37,546 nucleotides of DNA from a virus. Its lineage: Duplodnaviria; Caudoviricetes. The notes beneath the pieces are model-generated. The model was not told the origin of the DNA. It did no database searches and saw nothing but the letters and a program-made list of their open reading frames with translations. Position numbers and translations under genes: made by a program. The stretch is from positions 1 through 37,546 of the IMG/VR virus record IMGVR_UViG_3300033076_000319, one strand, 5' to 3'. Positions 26,650-36,095 of this stretch are shown here, piece after piece. Positions within the stretch are counted from its first letter, which is position 1. Each line of letters starts with the position of its first letter.

Positions 26650-26703
26650 TTCGATGTTTCCCTAAGAAACCCTGGTGTATCGCACCAGTACGATTTAATG
26701 CAA

Positions 26704-26732
26704 AATATATTCTTTAAATTCTATTTCGTCAA
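26704..26732 (-). promoter_or_regulatory. Internal sigma70 promoter for scaffold/capsid genes
   Basis: Minus strand TTGACG-17bp-TATATT, followed by a leader hairpin CTGGTG-CGATA-CACCAG (26672-26688). Confidence 0.7.
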
Positions 26733-26736
26733 GCAA

Positions 26737-28305
26737 TTAACCCGCTATTGTGTAAGTATTGACAGCGTTTGTTAAATCAACTTTCCAATATAAAGTGTAA
26801 TCGGCAGCGGGGGCTGCGCTTAAATTAGCAATAATATTTGTTGTGCTAGTAGCGCCTGGGTAAGGCACACCAACACTTTGCTGGTTTCCGACAGGTGAAA
26901 AAGTAATTTGAGAAACAACAGGTCTGCTAGGCAAACCATGAGGAATTGTCACTGTAGTTGTTCCAGCTGTAATAGTAGCTGTTCCTGTAGCGATTAAAGT
27001 AACTCCGCTGTTATACCCAGGCGTAGCTGTTCCAGGTTGCAAACTTAAAGCGTATAAATTTAAACTTGTAAACACATTGTTATATATTTGAATGTTTGTT
27101 GTGCTTACCGTTGCCACACCAACATCTAATTCAGCCGCTTCAGGTCTATTTGCATCGTTTCCAATAATATTATCTGCAACAATAAAGTCTGTACATTCGT
27201 TAATAGTAATGCCTGTATTTGTTTTTCCAGCTACGCCATTATTGCCAATAACGTTGCCTATAATAGCGCCGCCCGTAGGTTGCGTTGTAGCATCTCCATA
27301 GCAATAAATAACGGCGTAATTTGAACCTGTAGATGTTCCGTTTCCAAGTAATAAGTTGTTTGCTATTCTTGGCGCTATTGCACGGCACTCAATACCATAC
27401 AAAAAATTTCCAGTAATTGTTGCACCTTCAATAAGCACGTCTTGAAAATAACCTACAGTTGAAGTTCCGTAAACTTTAATGCCAGTAAATGCATTGTTGT
27501 TAAAAAAGCCACCAATAATAGCAATTCTTCTGCGATTCCCCCAAGTTGCGTATGGCTCTGTTGTTGGGTCGCCAACTTTCATATCAACGCCTTGACCGCC
27601 ATTATTACTTGAATCAACGCCAATTAGCATTGCTTCATCGCATCCAGCGTACAAATCAATGCCGTCTGAGTCATTATCGTAATAGCGACCACCTAACATC
27701 ACTAATTTTTTAACGCTTGAAACGGTTTTTAATCCGTTACCTGAAGTTCTAGCGTCGTGAGATATTGCGCCGCGGACAGTTACATTATTTAATGTACCTG
27801 GTAGCCCGCCCGCATTGTTTTGACCTAAATAAATATTATGGCTAGTGTTGTAGTATTCACCCCCATCAATATCTACCATTTCTGCTTGTTTAACCCATAA
27901 AGCAGCATAACCATTGTGCATTGTCAAACTAGAGCAAAAGAATTTTGCAGAAGCGTTATTAATTTCAATCATTCCGTATTGTTGAGAATGACCGCCATCA
28001 TTAAAAGTCAAACCACTAATTTTATATACGCCTGCACCTGTACCTGATAATGTAGCCCCAGTTGGTGTAGAAGCAGAACGCAAAATAGTAGCGTTTCCGT
28101 ATAGGTATACGTTCGCAGGCCATGTTAAACCACCGCTACCAACTAAATAAGTTCCTTCAGGAAAAAATACAGCATCAGCACCGCTATTTAAAGCGGCTTG
28201 TATAGCAGTTGTATTATCAGTTGTTCCGTCACCAATAGCGCCAAAATCCAACACATTGGCTGGATCGCCGTTAATCATTGCATAGGAAACTTTAGTAAGG
28301 CTCAT
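26737..28305 (-). CDS. Tailspike-like right-handed beta-helix (pectate-lyase-like) protein
   Basis: NVLDFGAIGDGTTDNTTAIQAA...FFPEGTY; repeated NxI.GN rungs; C-terminal TVTIPHGL motif. Confidence 0.8.
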   Translation of the reverse strand: MSLTKVSYAMINGDPANVLDFGAIGDGTTDNTTAIQAALNSGADAVFFPEGTYLVGSGGLTWPANVYLYGNATILRSASTPTGATLSGTGAGVYKISGLTFNDGGHSQQYGMIEINNASAKFFCSSLTMHNGYAALWVKQAEMVDIDGGEYYNTSHNIYLGQNNAGGLPGTLNNVTVRGAISHDARTSGNGLKTVSSVKKLVMLGGRYYDNDSDGIDLYAGCDEAMLIGVDSSNNGGQGVDMKVGDPTTEPYATWGNRRRIAIIGGFFNNNAFTGIKVYGTSTVGYFQDVLIEGATITGNFLYGIECRAIAPRIANNLLLGNGTSTGSNYAVIYCYGDATTQPTGGAIIGNVIGNNGVAGKTNTGITINECTDFIVADNIIGNDANRPEAAELDVGVATVSTTNIQIYNNVFTSLNLYALSLQPGTATPGYNSGVTLIATGTATITAGTTTVTIPHGLPSRPVVSQITFSPVGNQQSVGVPYPGATSTTNIIANLSAAPAADYTLYWKVDLTNAVNTYTIAG

Positions 28306-28314
28306 GGTAAACCC

Positions 28315-28620
28315 TTAGTAGTAATAGCTAATATTTAACTTGGCGCTTGCAGCTTGTTCAATAAAACGAATTTTAGTTAAATCACCGTCATACTGCAAAG
28401 GCACGCCAACAGCCAAAGGCATACCAATAGAGCCAGTAGGTGCTACGCCGTCATCTCTCCAACGAACGCCTTGGGTTTCAGCAATAATCAACGCAAAAGT
28501 AGGTTTAGCGTTTAAACCGTCTGGTGTATTGACAGGTACAGTTAATCCTGTAGAAGCTGATAAGCTAGTAATTTGTTGGTAACCAAAACAAGTGGTTACC
28601 GCTTTGATATTCATTGTCAT
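28315..28620 (-). CDS. Small beta-rich virion protein (101 aa)
   Basis: VRWRDDGVAPT...GMPL motif; within the operon. Confidence 0.65.
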   Translation of the reverse strand: MTMNIKAVTTCFGYQQITSLSASTGLTVPVNTPDGLNAKPTFALIIAETQGVRWRDDGVAPTGSIGMPLAVGVPLQYDGDLTKIRFIEQAASAKLNISYYY

Positions 28621-30344
28621 TAAAATCTCCCGTGTTCAGTAAATGACCTAAGTTTATACCCATATTCAGCATCATAGCTAGGGGTACCGCCAAAATTCCA
28701 ATTTGTGTTATTTCCAGCATCTACGTTGCTATCAGCATAAAAAGCGTTCCAAGTAGCGCCGCCAGTGGCATAAATATCTTGAATAGTTAGATAAGACACG
28801 CCGACAGTGCCAGACGCCTGGGACAACGTAGCTTGAGAACCTGCTGTTGTAGATTGAAGATATTTTTGATTTGTACCTGAAGTAACAAAAGACCCAACTG
28901 TAGATGTAGCTCCTGCTTTTAACTTAACGGTGCCATTAGTAATCGTAAATGCTCTTGTAGATCCTTGAGTTAATGCATCTTGAAAAGCAAAAGTGCCGCC
29001 AATTCCATTAAAAGTAAGCGGGAAGTCTAATGTTTGGCTATTAATTGTAATTTGTTGCGTTCCAGACGTAGAAGCAAAAGTAGTGGCGCTTGTACCAGCA
29101 GTTAAAGTCATTCCAGAGGGAACATTATAGTTACCATATATTGTTCTACTATTGTTACTTAAAGTCCCTGCAAAACCCGTTAATATAAAATTTCTAAAAT
29201 TAGAACCGTTAGTAATAAGAAGTGTATCTGTACCAGCCGTTACGCTTACTGATAACGCATTTGTTTCAGTTCCACCTGTCGACCCTACATTCATTGAACG
29301 AGTGCCTGTTGCGCCTGAATAAGTAAGCTGAATTAACGGTGTGCCTGTATAAGTAAACCCAGTAAGCGTACCCATACTCAAAACGGTTGCATTATTGCCT
29401 GTAAGCGTAATGTTGCCTGTACCAAAAGCTACAGACCTTGTATTTGCATTTGAGGATACAAATAACCCTGTGCTTAATACCAAATTATTTAACGCTAATG
29501 TACCTGCTGTTAGTGTATAAGTACGAGTAGAACCCATCGTCAGATTGTCTTGTAACTGTACAGTACCGCCTACACCATCTTGCGTAATTGGAAAATCAAT
29601 TGTTGTGTTACCGTTGGTAGTAATCTGCTGTATACCTGAGGTTGCTGAAAATGTTGTTGCAGCAGTGCCAGCACCGCAAGTCATTCCAGAACTAAATACA
29701 AAATTGCCGTAAATATTTTTAGTGCTATTAGTATAAGTACCAGCAAAACCAGTAAAGTTAATACTTTTATATAATCTGCCCGTACCAAGTGTAAAAATAT
29801 CAGTGCCAGCAGTAATATTTATTGAAATTGAATTTGATTCTGTACCACCCGTTGCAGAAGTTGCACCAAAAATTGTTCTTGTACCAACACTTCCAGAATA
29901 AGTGCAATTAAAAGTCGGTGTTCCAGTATAAGTAAATCCAGTAGCCGTGGCAAAAGTAATAATAGTTGCATTGTTTCCAGTAACGGTAATGTTACCAGTG
30001 CTAAATGCAATAGAACGTGTGTTGCTATTACTTGAGCTAAAAATACTGCAAGATAACGTGTTTGTCCCAAGTGACAATGCGCCTAATGTTAAAGTAAATG
30101 TACCAGAAATAGTAAGATTAGCACCTAAAGTTAAACTTAATGTAGCGCTATTTAAAGTAATAGTTGTACAAGTAGCACCGCTTGCAATCGTACAAGTTCC
30201 AGTACCAGATGCAGAATCAAAAATTACAGTGTCTGCTGCAACCGGGGCAGAAGCACCGCTTGCGCCTCCTGATGCGGTAGACCAATTTGTAGTGCTAGAC
30301 GCATCCCAAGTGCCTGTTCCGCCTACCCAATATCTAGTAGCCAT
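28620..30344 (-). CDS. Thr/Gly-rich beta-helical fibre/adhesin-like protein with internal duplication
   Basis: RYWVGGTGTW...NWS N-terminus, VDAGNNTNWNF C-terminus; a ~190-aa block is repeated. Confidence 0.7.
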   Translation of the reverse strand: MATRYWVGGTGTWDASSTTNWSTASGGASGASAPVAADTVIFDSASGTGTCTIASGATCTTITLNSATLSLTLGANLTISGTFTLTLGALSLGTNTLSCSIFSSSNSNTRSIAFSTGNITVTGNNATIITFATATGFTYTGTPTFNCTYSGSVGTRTIFGATSATGGTESNSISINITAGTDIFTLGTGRLYKSINFTGFAGTYTNSTKNIYGNFVFSSGMTCGAGTAATTFSATSGIQQITTNGNTTIDFPITQDGVGGTVQLQDNLTMGSTRTYTLTAGTLALNNLVLSTGLFVSSNANTRSVAFGTGNITLTGNNATVLSMGTLTGFTYTGTPLIQLTYSGATGTRSMNVGSTGGTETNALSVSVTAGTDTLLITNGSNFRNFILTGFAGTLSNNSRTIYGNYNVPSGMTLTAGTSATTFASTSGTQQITINSQTLDFPLTFNGIGGTFAFQDALTQGSTRAFTITNGTVKLKAGATSTVGSFVTSGTNQKYLQSTTAGSQATLSQASGTVGVSYLTIQDIYATGGATWNAFYADSNVDAGNNTNWNFGGTPSYDAEYGYKLRSFTEHGRF

Positions 30345-32398
30345 TATTTACTTTCTAAAGCTTTAATGCGCTTATTGAGTTCAAAAATATACAGATAAGC
30401 TTCTTCTAAACGAGCAAGTAACATTTCTGAACCGCCAAGATAGTCTAACTTAGCATCTTGACCAAATCCAGGGAGCGCTAAATTATCTTTAGTATATTGT
30501 TCAGCTTCTTCAATAGACTTTACTTCGTAAGTGCCTGCGCCAACTTTATCTGCAAATTTTTCAATTTTGCCTGTATATGCTTTTTCAAATACATAATCAG
30601 GATTGGTATAGGCAGTTCCATTTAAGTACACCCCGCTAGATACGTTTATAGTTCCTGCGCCTTTGTCGCCACCACTAGCGTTTCCAACAACAATACCATC
30701 TTGAACATACGCACGAGTAGCTAAAGTACCTGCAACTTGCGTTTGAAAAGCAACTCTGCCATCTTCAGTAGTATCTGTTGGATCAACTGCCGTAAATATA
30801 ATGTTTGCAAAAACTGTACTAGCGTCAGCACTATTTTTACCACGAGCTACAATTTCACCAATGTTTGTTATTGTTGAAAGTGTTTCAGTTCTATTAAAAG
30901 TAAGTAAAGCGTAAGTTCCTGTTGCTGTTGCGTCGATTGCACCTGTTGGAGAAATAATAACGCCATTGCTAAATACAGTGTTGGTTCCTTTGCCAACTAA
31001 TACTGTACCATCATACATAACTTCAAATAAATCACGATATTCAAATGCGCGTGCGTCTGCGTCATTTACAATTCCGTTTTGAAGAACAATAAAGCCCTTG
31101 TACCAACCATCACCTGCACCTGGACCGACAACAAATCCTGCTGTACCAGCCAATGTTTTTGTGGTTGCTAATACGCCTAGCTTATTATTTGCCTGTCCAA
31201 CTTCTTTAACAACAGAACTTCTATTATCTATATTTATTTCAGAACCACGCAAAGTTCCATCACCACCTGCTTGGGCATAAGCGTAAAGATTTTGGCACCA
31301 CATTTTACCGCTAGGATTGCTGGAATCAATATAAGCAAAAATTGCTTGACCAGTTACTCCACCACCGCCAGATTCTTTATTTATTACATGGATTCGATGG
31401 CCGTCCCATTGATATGCACCGCCAGCAGCAGTTGCTTCACGAACCAAATACGTCTGTAAAAGACCACCACTTCCATCATTATTGTCGGCAAAATATTCAT
31501 GTGACCGCCAATTATTTGCACTGGTAGTATTAAAACTTTCTACAAAAACATTGTCTAAATCTTGGTCTGTTACCCAACGTGTATCTGTATTTGTTACCCA
31601 ATGTACACGTTTTGTCCCAGAAAATGTAATTGCTGGTTGACATATGTAAGTACCAGAAGGAATAAAAATAGTTGCGTTTGCTTCTACACCATCATAAGCA
31701 GCCTGGAAAGCAACGTAATCATTTGTTACTCCATCACCCACAGCCCCAAAGTCTTTAACACTAACGGTTTGAGCAAATTTAGCTTCAGCGTTAGTTGTTA
31801 CACCGCCTGTAAAGGGAGGATCATAAATTACTAAATTAGCATTTACAGATCCTGCACTTACGCTTACAGCAGTAGTAAATTTAACCAAAGCGCCTACATG
31901 AAGCCCTGCGGTAAAGGTTACGGTTGTAGCATCAGTTTCAACGTAAGCGTATGTAATGCCGTCATATTGATTAACGCCATCAACGTACACTTGTAAGCTA
32001 TTTGTGCCTGGCACATAAGTTACTGTGTTTAGGTTAAATACTGTTTGACCTGCGGTAGCTACAATAATTTCTTCTTGTGAAGTGTAGTTAACAAAGTTGG
32101 AGTTAATACCAACTAAGTTATCCCAAGTGCCGATCAATACATCGTTTGCGTCTTTCAATACAAACTTGTATTGCACATTGTCAGATAGCCAAATTTCACC
32201 GCCATTAGGAACACGGCCTGCGGCGTCTAAAATAATAGGGTTTGTGTGAAACTGTGTGCCTGTAGAGCTAGTGTAAGTAGCTGCTGGGGTAGTAGTGCCT
32301 GCCAAATAAGTGTATAACTTACCGCCGGTCAGTACATTGCCGCTGTTATCTAAAAACTGGGCGGCTGCGCCTGCAACCGGGGATAAATTAACGGACAT
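30344..32398 (-). CDS. Tail fibre/spike with virion-anchor N-terminus and chaperone-like C-terminus
   Basis: GGKLYTYLAGTTTP...NPIILDAAGR anchor; SVKDFGAVGDGVTND; PDYVFE...LEEAYLYIFELNKRIKALE coiled-coil end. Confidence 0.8.
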   Translation of the reverse strand: MSVNLSPVAGAAAQFLDNSGNVLTGGKLYTYLAGTTTPAATYTSSTGTQFHTNPIILDAAGRVPNGGEIWLSDNVQYKFVLKDANDVLIGTWDNLVGINSNFVNYTSQEEIIVATAGQTVFNLNTVTYVPGTNSLQVYVDGVNQYDGITYAYVETDATTVTFTAGLHVGALVKFTTAVSVSAGSVNANLVIYDPPFTGGVTTNAEAKFAQTVSVKDFGAVGDGVTNDYVAFQAAYDGVEANATIFIPSGTYICQPAITFSGTKRVHWVTNTDTRWVTDQDLDNVFVESFNTTSANNWRSHEYFADNNDGSGGLLQTYLVREATAAGGAYQWDGHRIHVINKESGGGGVTGQAIFAYIDSSNPSGKMWCQNLYAYAQAGGDGTLRGSEINIDNRSSVVKEVGQANNKLGVLATTKTLAGTAGFVVGPGAGDGWYKGFIVLQNGIVNDADARAFEYRDLFEVMYDGTVLVGKGTNTVFSNGVIISPTGAIDATATGTYALLTFNRTETLSTITNIGEIVARGKNSADASTVFANIIFTAVDPTDTTEDGRVAFQTQVAGTLATRAYVQDGIVVGNASGGDKGAGTINVSSGVYLNGTAYTNPDYVFEKAYTGKIEKFADKVGAGTYEVKSIEEAEQYTKDNLALPGFGQDAKLDYLGGSEMLLARLEEAYLYIFELNKRIKALESK

Positions 32399-32407
32399 AT
32401 TGGTTCC

Positions 32408-32770
32408 TTATGCTAAGAAGCGCAGCTTGTACAGAGTGCTTAAATACAATTCAACGATATTGTCGATCAATTGTTGTAGCGCTGTGTCTGTCTTGTCACA
32501 AACACTATATCTGTTTGCTTCAATTTCGGCAAGCTGATCTTCTAAAAATTCAATAATATTGGTTGTCTTTTTTGCAGACATTAAGCTAATTGGGCCAATT
32601 AAACCATGACGACCTTGGTAAGCCTCCGCAAACGAGTCTGCAAGATCAATAATACTCTCGTAAAACTTTTGCAAAGCCTTGTGTTTGGCATAGCTACGAG
32701 TGTTTAGATGAACCGAATGGGTTACATCACGGGCTAGGAAAAATAATCCTACATAATCAGCGCATTTCAT
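32408..32770 (-). CDS. Ferritin/Dps-like four-helix protein (DUF5856-like)
   Basis: THSVHL...YAKHKAL..FY...DSFAEAYQG...TLYKLRFL. Confidence 0.7.
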   Translation of the reverse strand: MKCADYVGLFFLARDVTHSVHLNTRSYAKHKALQKFYESIIDLADSFAEAYQGRHGLIGPISLMSAKKTTNIIEFLEDQLAEIEANRYSVCDKTDTALQQLIDNIVELYLSTLYKLRFLA

Positions 32771-34995
32771 TGTGGCATCCCTTGTGGTGGCATTTGCTCA
32801 GGAGGCATCATTGGTTGCTCCATTTGCTGTTCTTTCATTTCTTCTTCTTGCATATCCATAGCGGTGTCGCGTTGCATTTCAGCTACTAAGTCACCGTTGG
32901 TAATCATGCCATGCACGGTACCAAGGACAATATCTTGAATTTGCTCAGGCGACATAGACGCTTGAACTTGAGCCAAACGCTTAGTTTCGGCTTCAAATAG
33001 CTTGATTTGAGCTTCAAAGTCTTTACGCTCCAAGTCTTGCATTTCTACAGACTGACCAACATTTTGAAGCATTTGGTGCATAGCTTCCATTTCTTGAGCC
33101 ATTGCTTGAATCTGCTGTTGTGCAGCTTGCAAAGCAGGATCTTCGTCAGTATTAGAAATCAGCTTAGGATCAATGGTCTTAGCCAAGCGTTTAGACATTT
33201 CTTGGGCGCCAGGCCAATCCATATTCTTAACAAATAGATCGCCAGCCACTTTCCATAGCTCAGGGTTGCCTTGAAGAATCTGAGCCATCGCTTCCATCGC
33301 CTCTTGGCGCTTGGTCATGTAGCCTGGGCCTGTAGTAGCCACGACATCATAAACACCGACGCTAGGATTGTAGACTTTTTCAATCACTACACCTGTTTGG
33401 TCAACGATTTTCTTAACCGCTTCAGGTTGGTTAGGGTTTAGCTTAACCATAGACACTTCACCATCCACACCCACAATACGAGCGATGCGCTCAGTGTCGT
33501 AAATCTTAGGAATGAGGTCAATTAACTGACGAGTTGCAAAGCGAATCGCTTTAGTGAGGTTGTCGCCGTAGTGGAAAGTACCCACATCGCCTTGACGCTC
33601 ACGCGCAAGAATAGCTTTCCCCGAGCGTTCGTTGCTTGTGGCACCTAAGCTCGAGTCATACTGTCCAGTGGTGGACTTGATATCGTCACTAGCGCCCATT
33701 TTGGCTTGAATCAAGCCAGTTTGAGCTAATGGGGGAGGCGCACGTTGAGGTAATGGCAGAGTTGCACCCATGCCATCGGTTACGTCAGGATTTACCTCTA
33801 AATAAGGCCAATTGGTTGTGTTGGCAGTTTTCCACTGCTGTTCATAACCTTCAAATTGACCGCCGTAGCCAATAAACGGTGCTTTTGGCGCCAAAGCAAG
33901 CATTTCTGCCTCTTGTGACACCCAGTAGTTGTACATTCTTTGAGCATCTTTGGCGTTGCGAACCAAGCCAGAGATAAAAATGCGCCCATCTACTTCAAAT
34001 TCGTTGCCAATAACACGGATGACAGGGATCCATTTACCCGCCCATTCCTGTTCTTCAAGCACTTCGTAGCCATTGGTTTTCATCCACATGACTTTTTTCA
34101 CATCAACCGTGCGAGATTTGATGGGTTTTAAGCCCATCTGTTTCATATTTTTATCTTCAGGGCTGCCATCAAAGAATGATTGATTGCCTGGGTACAAATT
34201 GAGCTTAGTTGGCTTATGTTTATAGTAGAAATACTCAACAATACGGATAGTATCTTCGTTTAACCATTGGCTTAGGGACTCATCACCTACGCCTTGGGAC
34301 AAAATAGAGCTAATGGGCGCGGCGTTCGGAAACTGACGCTCGTATTCCGATTTTTCCATGTCTTGGCTAATAAAACAATACTCAGCATCAGCGCCAGCAG
34401 GGTCTTGAATCATCGGATCCATGTATACGCTAAACGCATTACGGATGCGACCTAAGCGAATATCTTGATCGAACGAATTATCGTAGCAATACTCAGTCAA
34501 AATGCGGAAATAACCCTCACCATAAGTGACTTGGTTTTCGCAAGCGGTGTCATACACCACATCGGCGTCCGACATATACTCGATATGGCGAACCATACCT
34601 TCAAATACTTCAGCTACCTCAATATCTCCTTTGTCATCAGCAGGAATTACCTTGCCTGAAGGACGATTTTGACGTTGCTCATTGGTGACTTGCTTGACGT
34701 GCTGAGGTAGTTTGTTAATAGTAAGGCAAGGTCTTGCGTTGATGGTCTGCCCTTGAACAGATCCGCGAGTTGCCAATACGTCAGCAGGCCATTGCCACTG
34801 ATTATCTGGTGAACCAGCCATAAATCGAAGGTCATCCAGTTCATCTTCTCTTGACTCAGAATATGCAGACATCGCCATCGTAAAGCGATGACGCATGGTA
34901 GCAAGAACGTCTGACTGTTCGTTAGGGCCTGCGGGATCCCCGCCTACATCGGCAACTTTGCCGACAATATTCATGGACGTCTGGTCATAAGGCAT
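32767..34995 (-). CDS. Portal protein, P22 gp1-like
   Basis: DLRFMAG..NQWQW, RPCLTINKL, KDAQRMYNYW and SGKAILAR motifs; long Gln-rich helical C-terminus. Confidence 0.92.
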   Translation of the reverse strand: MPYDQTSMNIVGKVADVGGDPAGPNEQSDVLATMRHRFTMAMSAYSESREDELDDLRFMAGSPDNQWQWPADVLATRGSVQGQTINARPCLTINKLPQHVKQVTNEQRQNRPSGKVIPADDKGDIEVAEVFEGMVRHIEYMSDADVVYDTACENQVTYGEGYFRILTEYCYDNSFDQDIRLGRIRNAFSVYMDPMIQDPAGADAEYCFISQDMEKSEYERQFPNAAPISSILSQGVGDESLSQWLNEDTIRIVEYFYYKHKPTKLNLYPGNQSFFDGSPEDKNMKQMGLKPIKSRTVDVKKVMWMKTNGYEVLEEQEWAGKWIPVIRVIGNEFEVDGRIFISGLVRNAKDAQRMYNYWVSQEAEMLALAPKAPFIGYGGQFEGYEQQWKTANTTNWPYLEVNPDVTDGMGATLPLPQRAPPPLAQTGLIQAKMGASDDIKSTTGQYDSSLGATSNERSGKAILARERQGDVGTFHYGDNLTKAIRFATRQLIDLIPKIYDTERIARIVGVDGEVSMVKLNPNQPEAVKKIVDQTGVVIEKVYNPSVGVYDVVATTGPGYMTKRQEAMEAMAQILQGNPELWKVAGDLFVKNMDWPGAQEMSKRLAKTIDPKLISNTDEDPALQAAQQQIQAMAQEMEAMHQMLQNVGQSVEMQDLERKDFEAQIKLFEAETKRLAQVQASMSPEQIQDIVLGTVHGMITNGDLVAEMQRDTAMDMQEEEMKEQQMEQPMMPPEQMPPQGMPQ

Positions 34996-35263
34996 TTAGT
35001 ATTCCGATCACATCAGGCTCACGCATCATAAGCAATTCCTCGCCATCGACGGTAACCTTCTGCCCGGAAAACTCACCGAATAGCACATGGTCGCCTTCTT
35101 TGACGCTCATAGGCTCAAGAAATCCTTTTGGATTCTTTTTACCTTCACCAATTGCCACTATGATACCGCTAAATAATTTGTTTTGGGGTAAAACTATTAA
35201 ATCAGATAATTTTTCTGTGTCTTGACGAATTAGAACACAATTACTCAATGGTTTTAAGCTCAT
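34985..35263 (-). CDS. groES: GroES-like co-chaperonin
   Basis: LKPLSNCVLI, GIIVAIGEG, VKEGDHVLF and GEELLMMREPDVIGI motifs. Confidence 0.9.
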   Translation of the reverse strand: MSLKPLSNCVLIRQDTEKLSDLIVLPQNKLFSGIIVAIGEGKKNPKGFLEPMSVKEGDHVLFGEFSGQKVTVDGEELLMMREPDVIGILNAL

Positions 35264-35469
35264 TTTTTCTTCGCTAGGATTTTATTTGCTTTAGCTACAA
35301 TTTTAGCTTTGGATGATGGTGACAATTTGCCTGCATTAACCGCTTGTGTGGCTCTTGCTTTAGCGTTCGCAGCGTGGGCTTTGTCAGGCATCGGATACTT
35401 ACGGCTGCCTGGCATACCAAAGTCGGATTTAGCCAATGCGTTGCGTGATTTAGCAGTGAGTTTGCTCAT
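35260..35469 (-). CDS. Lys/Ala-rich basic protein (69 aa)
   Basis: SDFGMPGSRKYPMPDKAHAANAKARA; TAATG coupling to the upstream ORF. Confidence 0.75.
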   Translation of the reverse strand: MSKLTAKSRNALAKSDFGMPGSRKYPMPDKAHAANAKARATQAVNAGKLSPSSKAKIVAKANKILAKKK

Positions 35470-35639
35470 TATCGACCCCTTCCAGCGGTGCGTTTCATTG
35501 CGGTTTTAGGTGCGGGTTTGCCACCACGTGCTTTGGATAGCGCAATCGCTACTGCCTGACGCTGGGGTTTGCCTGCAGCGATTTCAGTGCGAATATTAGA
35601 AGCGATGGTTTTCTTGGAGCTACCAGATTTGAGTGGCAT
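35469..35639 (-). CDS. Lys/Arg-rich basic protein (56 aa), not in the ORF track
   Basis: AAGG RBS; MPLKSGSSKKTIASNIRTEIAAGKPQRQAVAIALSKARGGKPAPKTAMKRTAGRGR. Confidence 0.75.
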   Translation of the reverse strand: MPLKSGSSKKTIASNIRTEIAAGKPQRQAVAIALSKARGGKPAPKTAMKRTAGRGR

Positions 35640-35641
35640 GA

Positions 35642-35797
35642 TTACTTTCCTTTCTTAGCTGTTTTAGCAGATTCTTTGAACGCTTTAGCAGTTGGGGCGC
35701 CTTTAGCGCCTGGTTTTCTCATCTTCTCACCGCTGCCCGCTTTAATGCGAGCTTGTTTGGCGTGAATGTTGGCATATAGCCCAGGTTTAGTAGCCAC
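35642..35797 (-). CDS. Lys-rich basic protein (51 aa; start revised to GTG 35797)
   Basis: AAGGAG RBS; MATKPGLYANIHAKQARIKAGSGEKMRKPGAKGAPTAKAFKESAKTAKKGK. Confidence 0.75.
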   Translation of the reverse strand: MATKPGLYANIHAKQARIKAGSGEKMRKPGAKGAPTAKAFKESAKTAKKGK

Positions 35798-35807
35798 AGG
35801 TTTCTCC

Positions 35808-36095
35808 TTATTTTTTACCGCAGTTCCAGCTTTTGAGCGCGGCTTTCGCACGGGGGGCGTCACCTTTGGCATGGGCAACGACTCCTGACATTCGGGCACA
35901 GAAAGACGCTTTGCGACCTGCATCAGCTTTTGACTTAGGATTTGGCGCAGGCGCCTTAAGATTTGCGTTGTTTTTTGCATTGTATTCAGCCCTTCCTTTA
36001 GCTGTCATCCCAGCACCTTTGTCGGTCGGCTTGTAGTTAGCACCTTTACCTTTGGTGGTGTGAGCGATCGGTTTGTCATGCTTCTTGGTTGCCAT
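35808..36095 (-). CDS. Lys-rich basic protein (95 aa; start revised to 36095)
   Basis: TAATG coupling to terL; GMTAKGR...NLKAP...RKASFCARM...ALKSWNC. Confidence 0.75.
   Translation of the reverse strand: MATKKHDKPIAHTTKGKGANYKPTDKGAGMTAKGRAEYNAKNNANLKAPAPNPKSKADAGRKASFCARMSGVVAHAKGDAPRAKAALKSWNCGKK

Noticed and set aside
35798-35980. N-terminal extension of the 112-aa ORF
   Set aside because: Overlaps the upstream basic protein; the AAGGAG RBS supports GTG at 35797.
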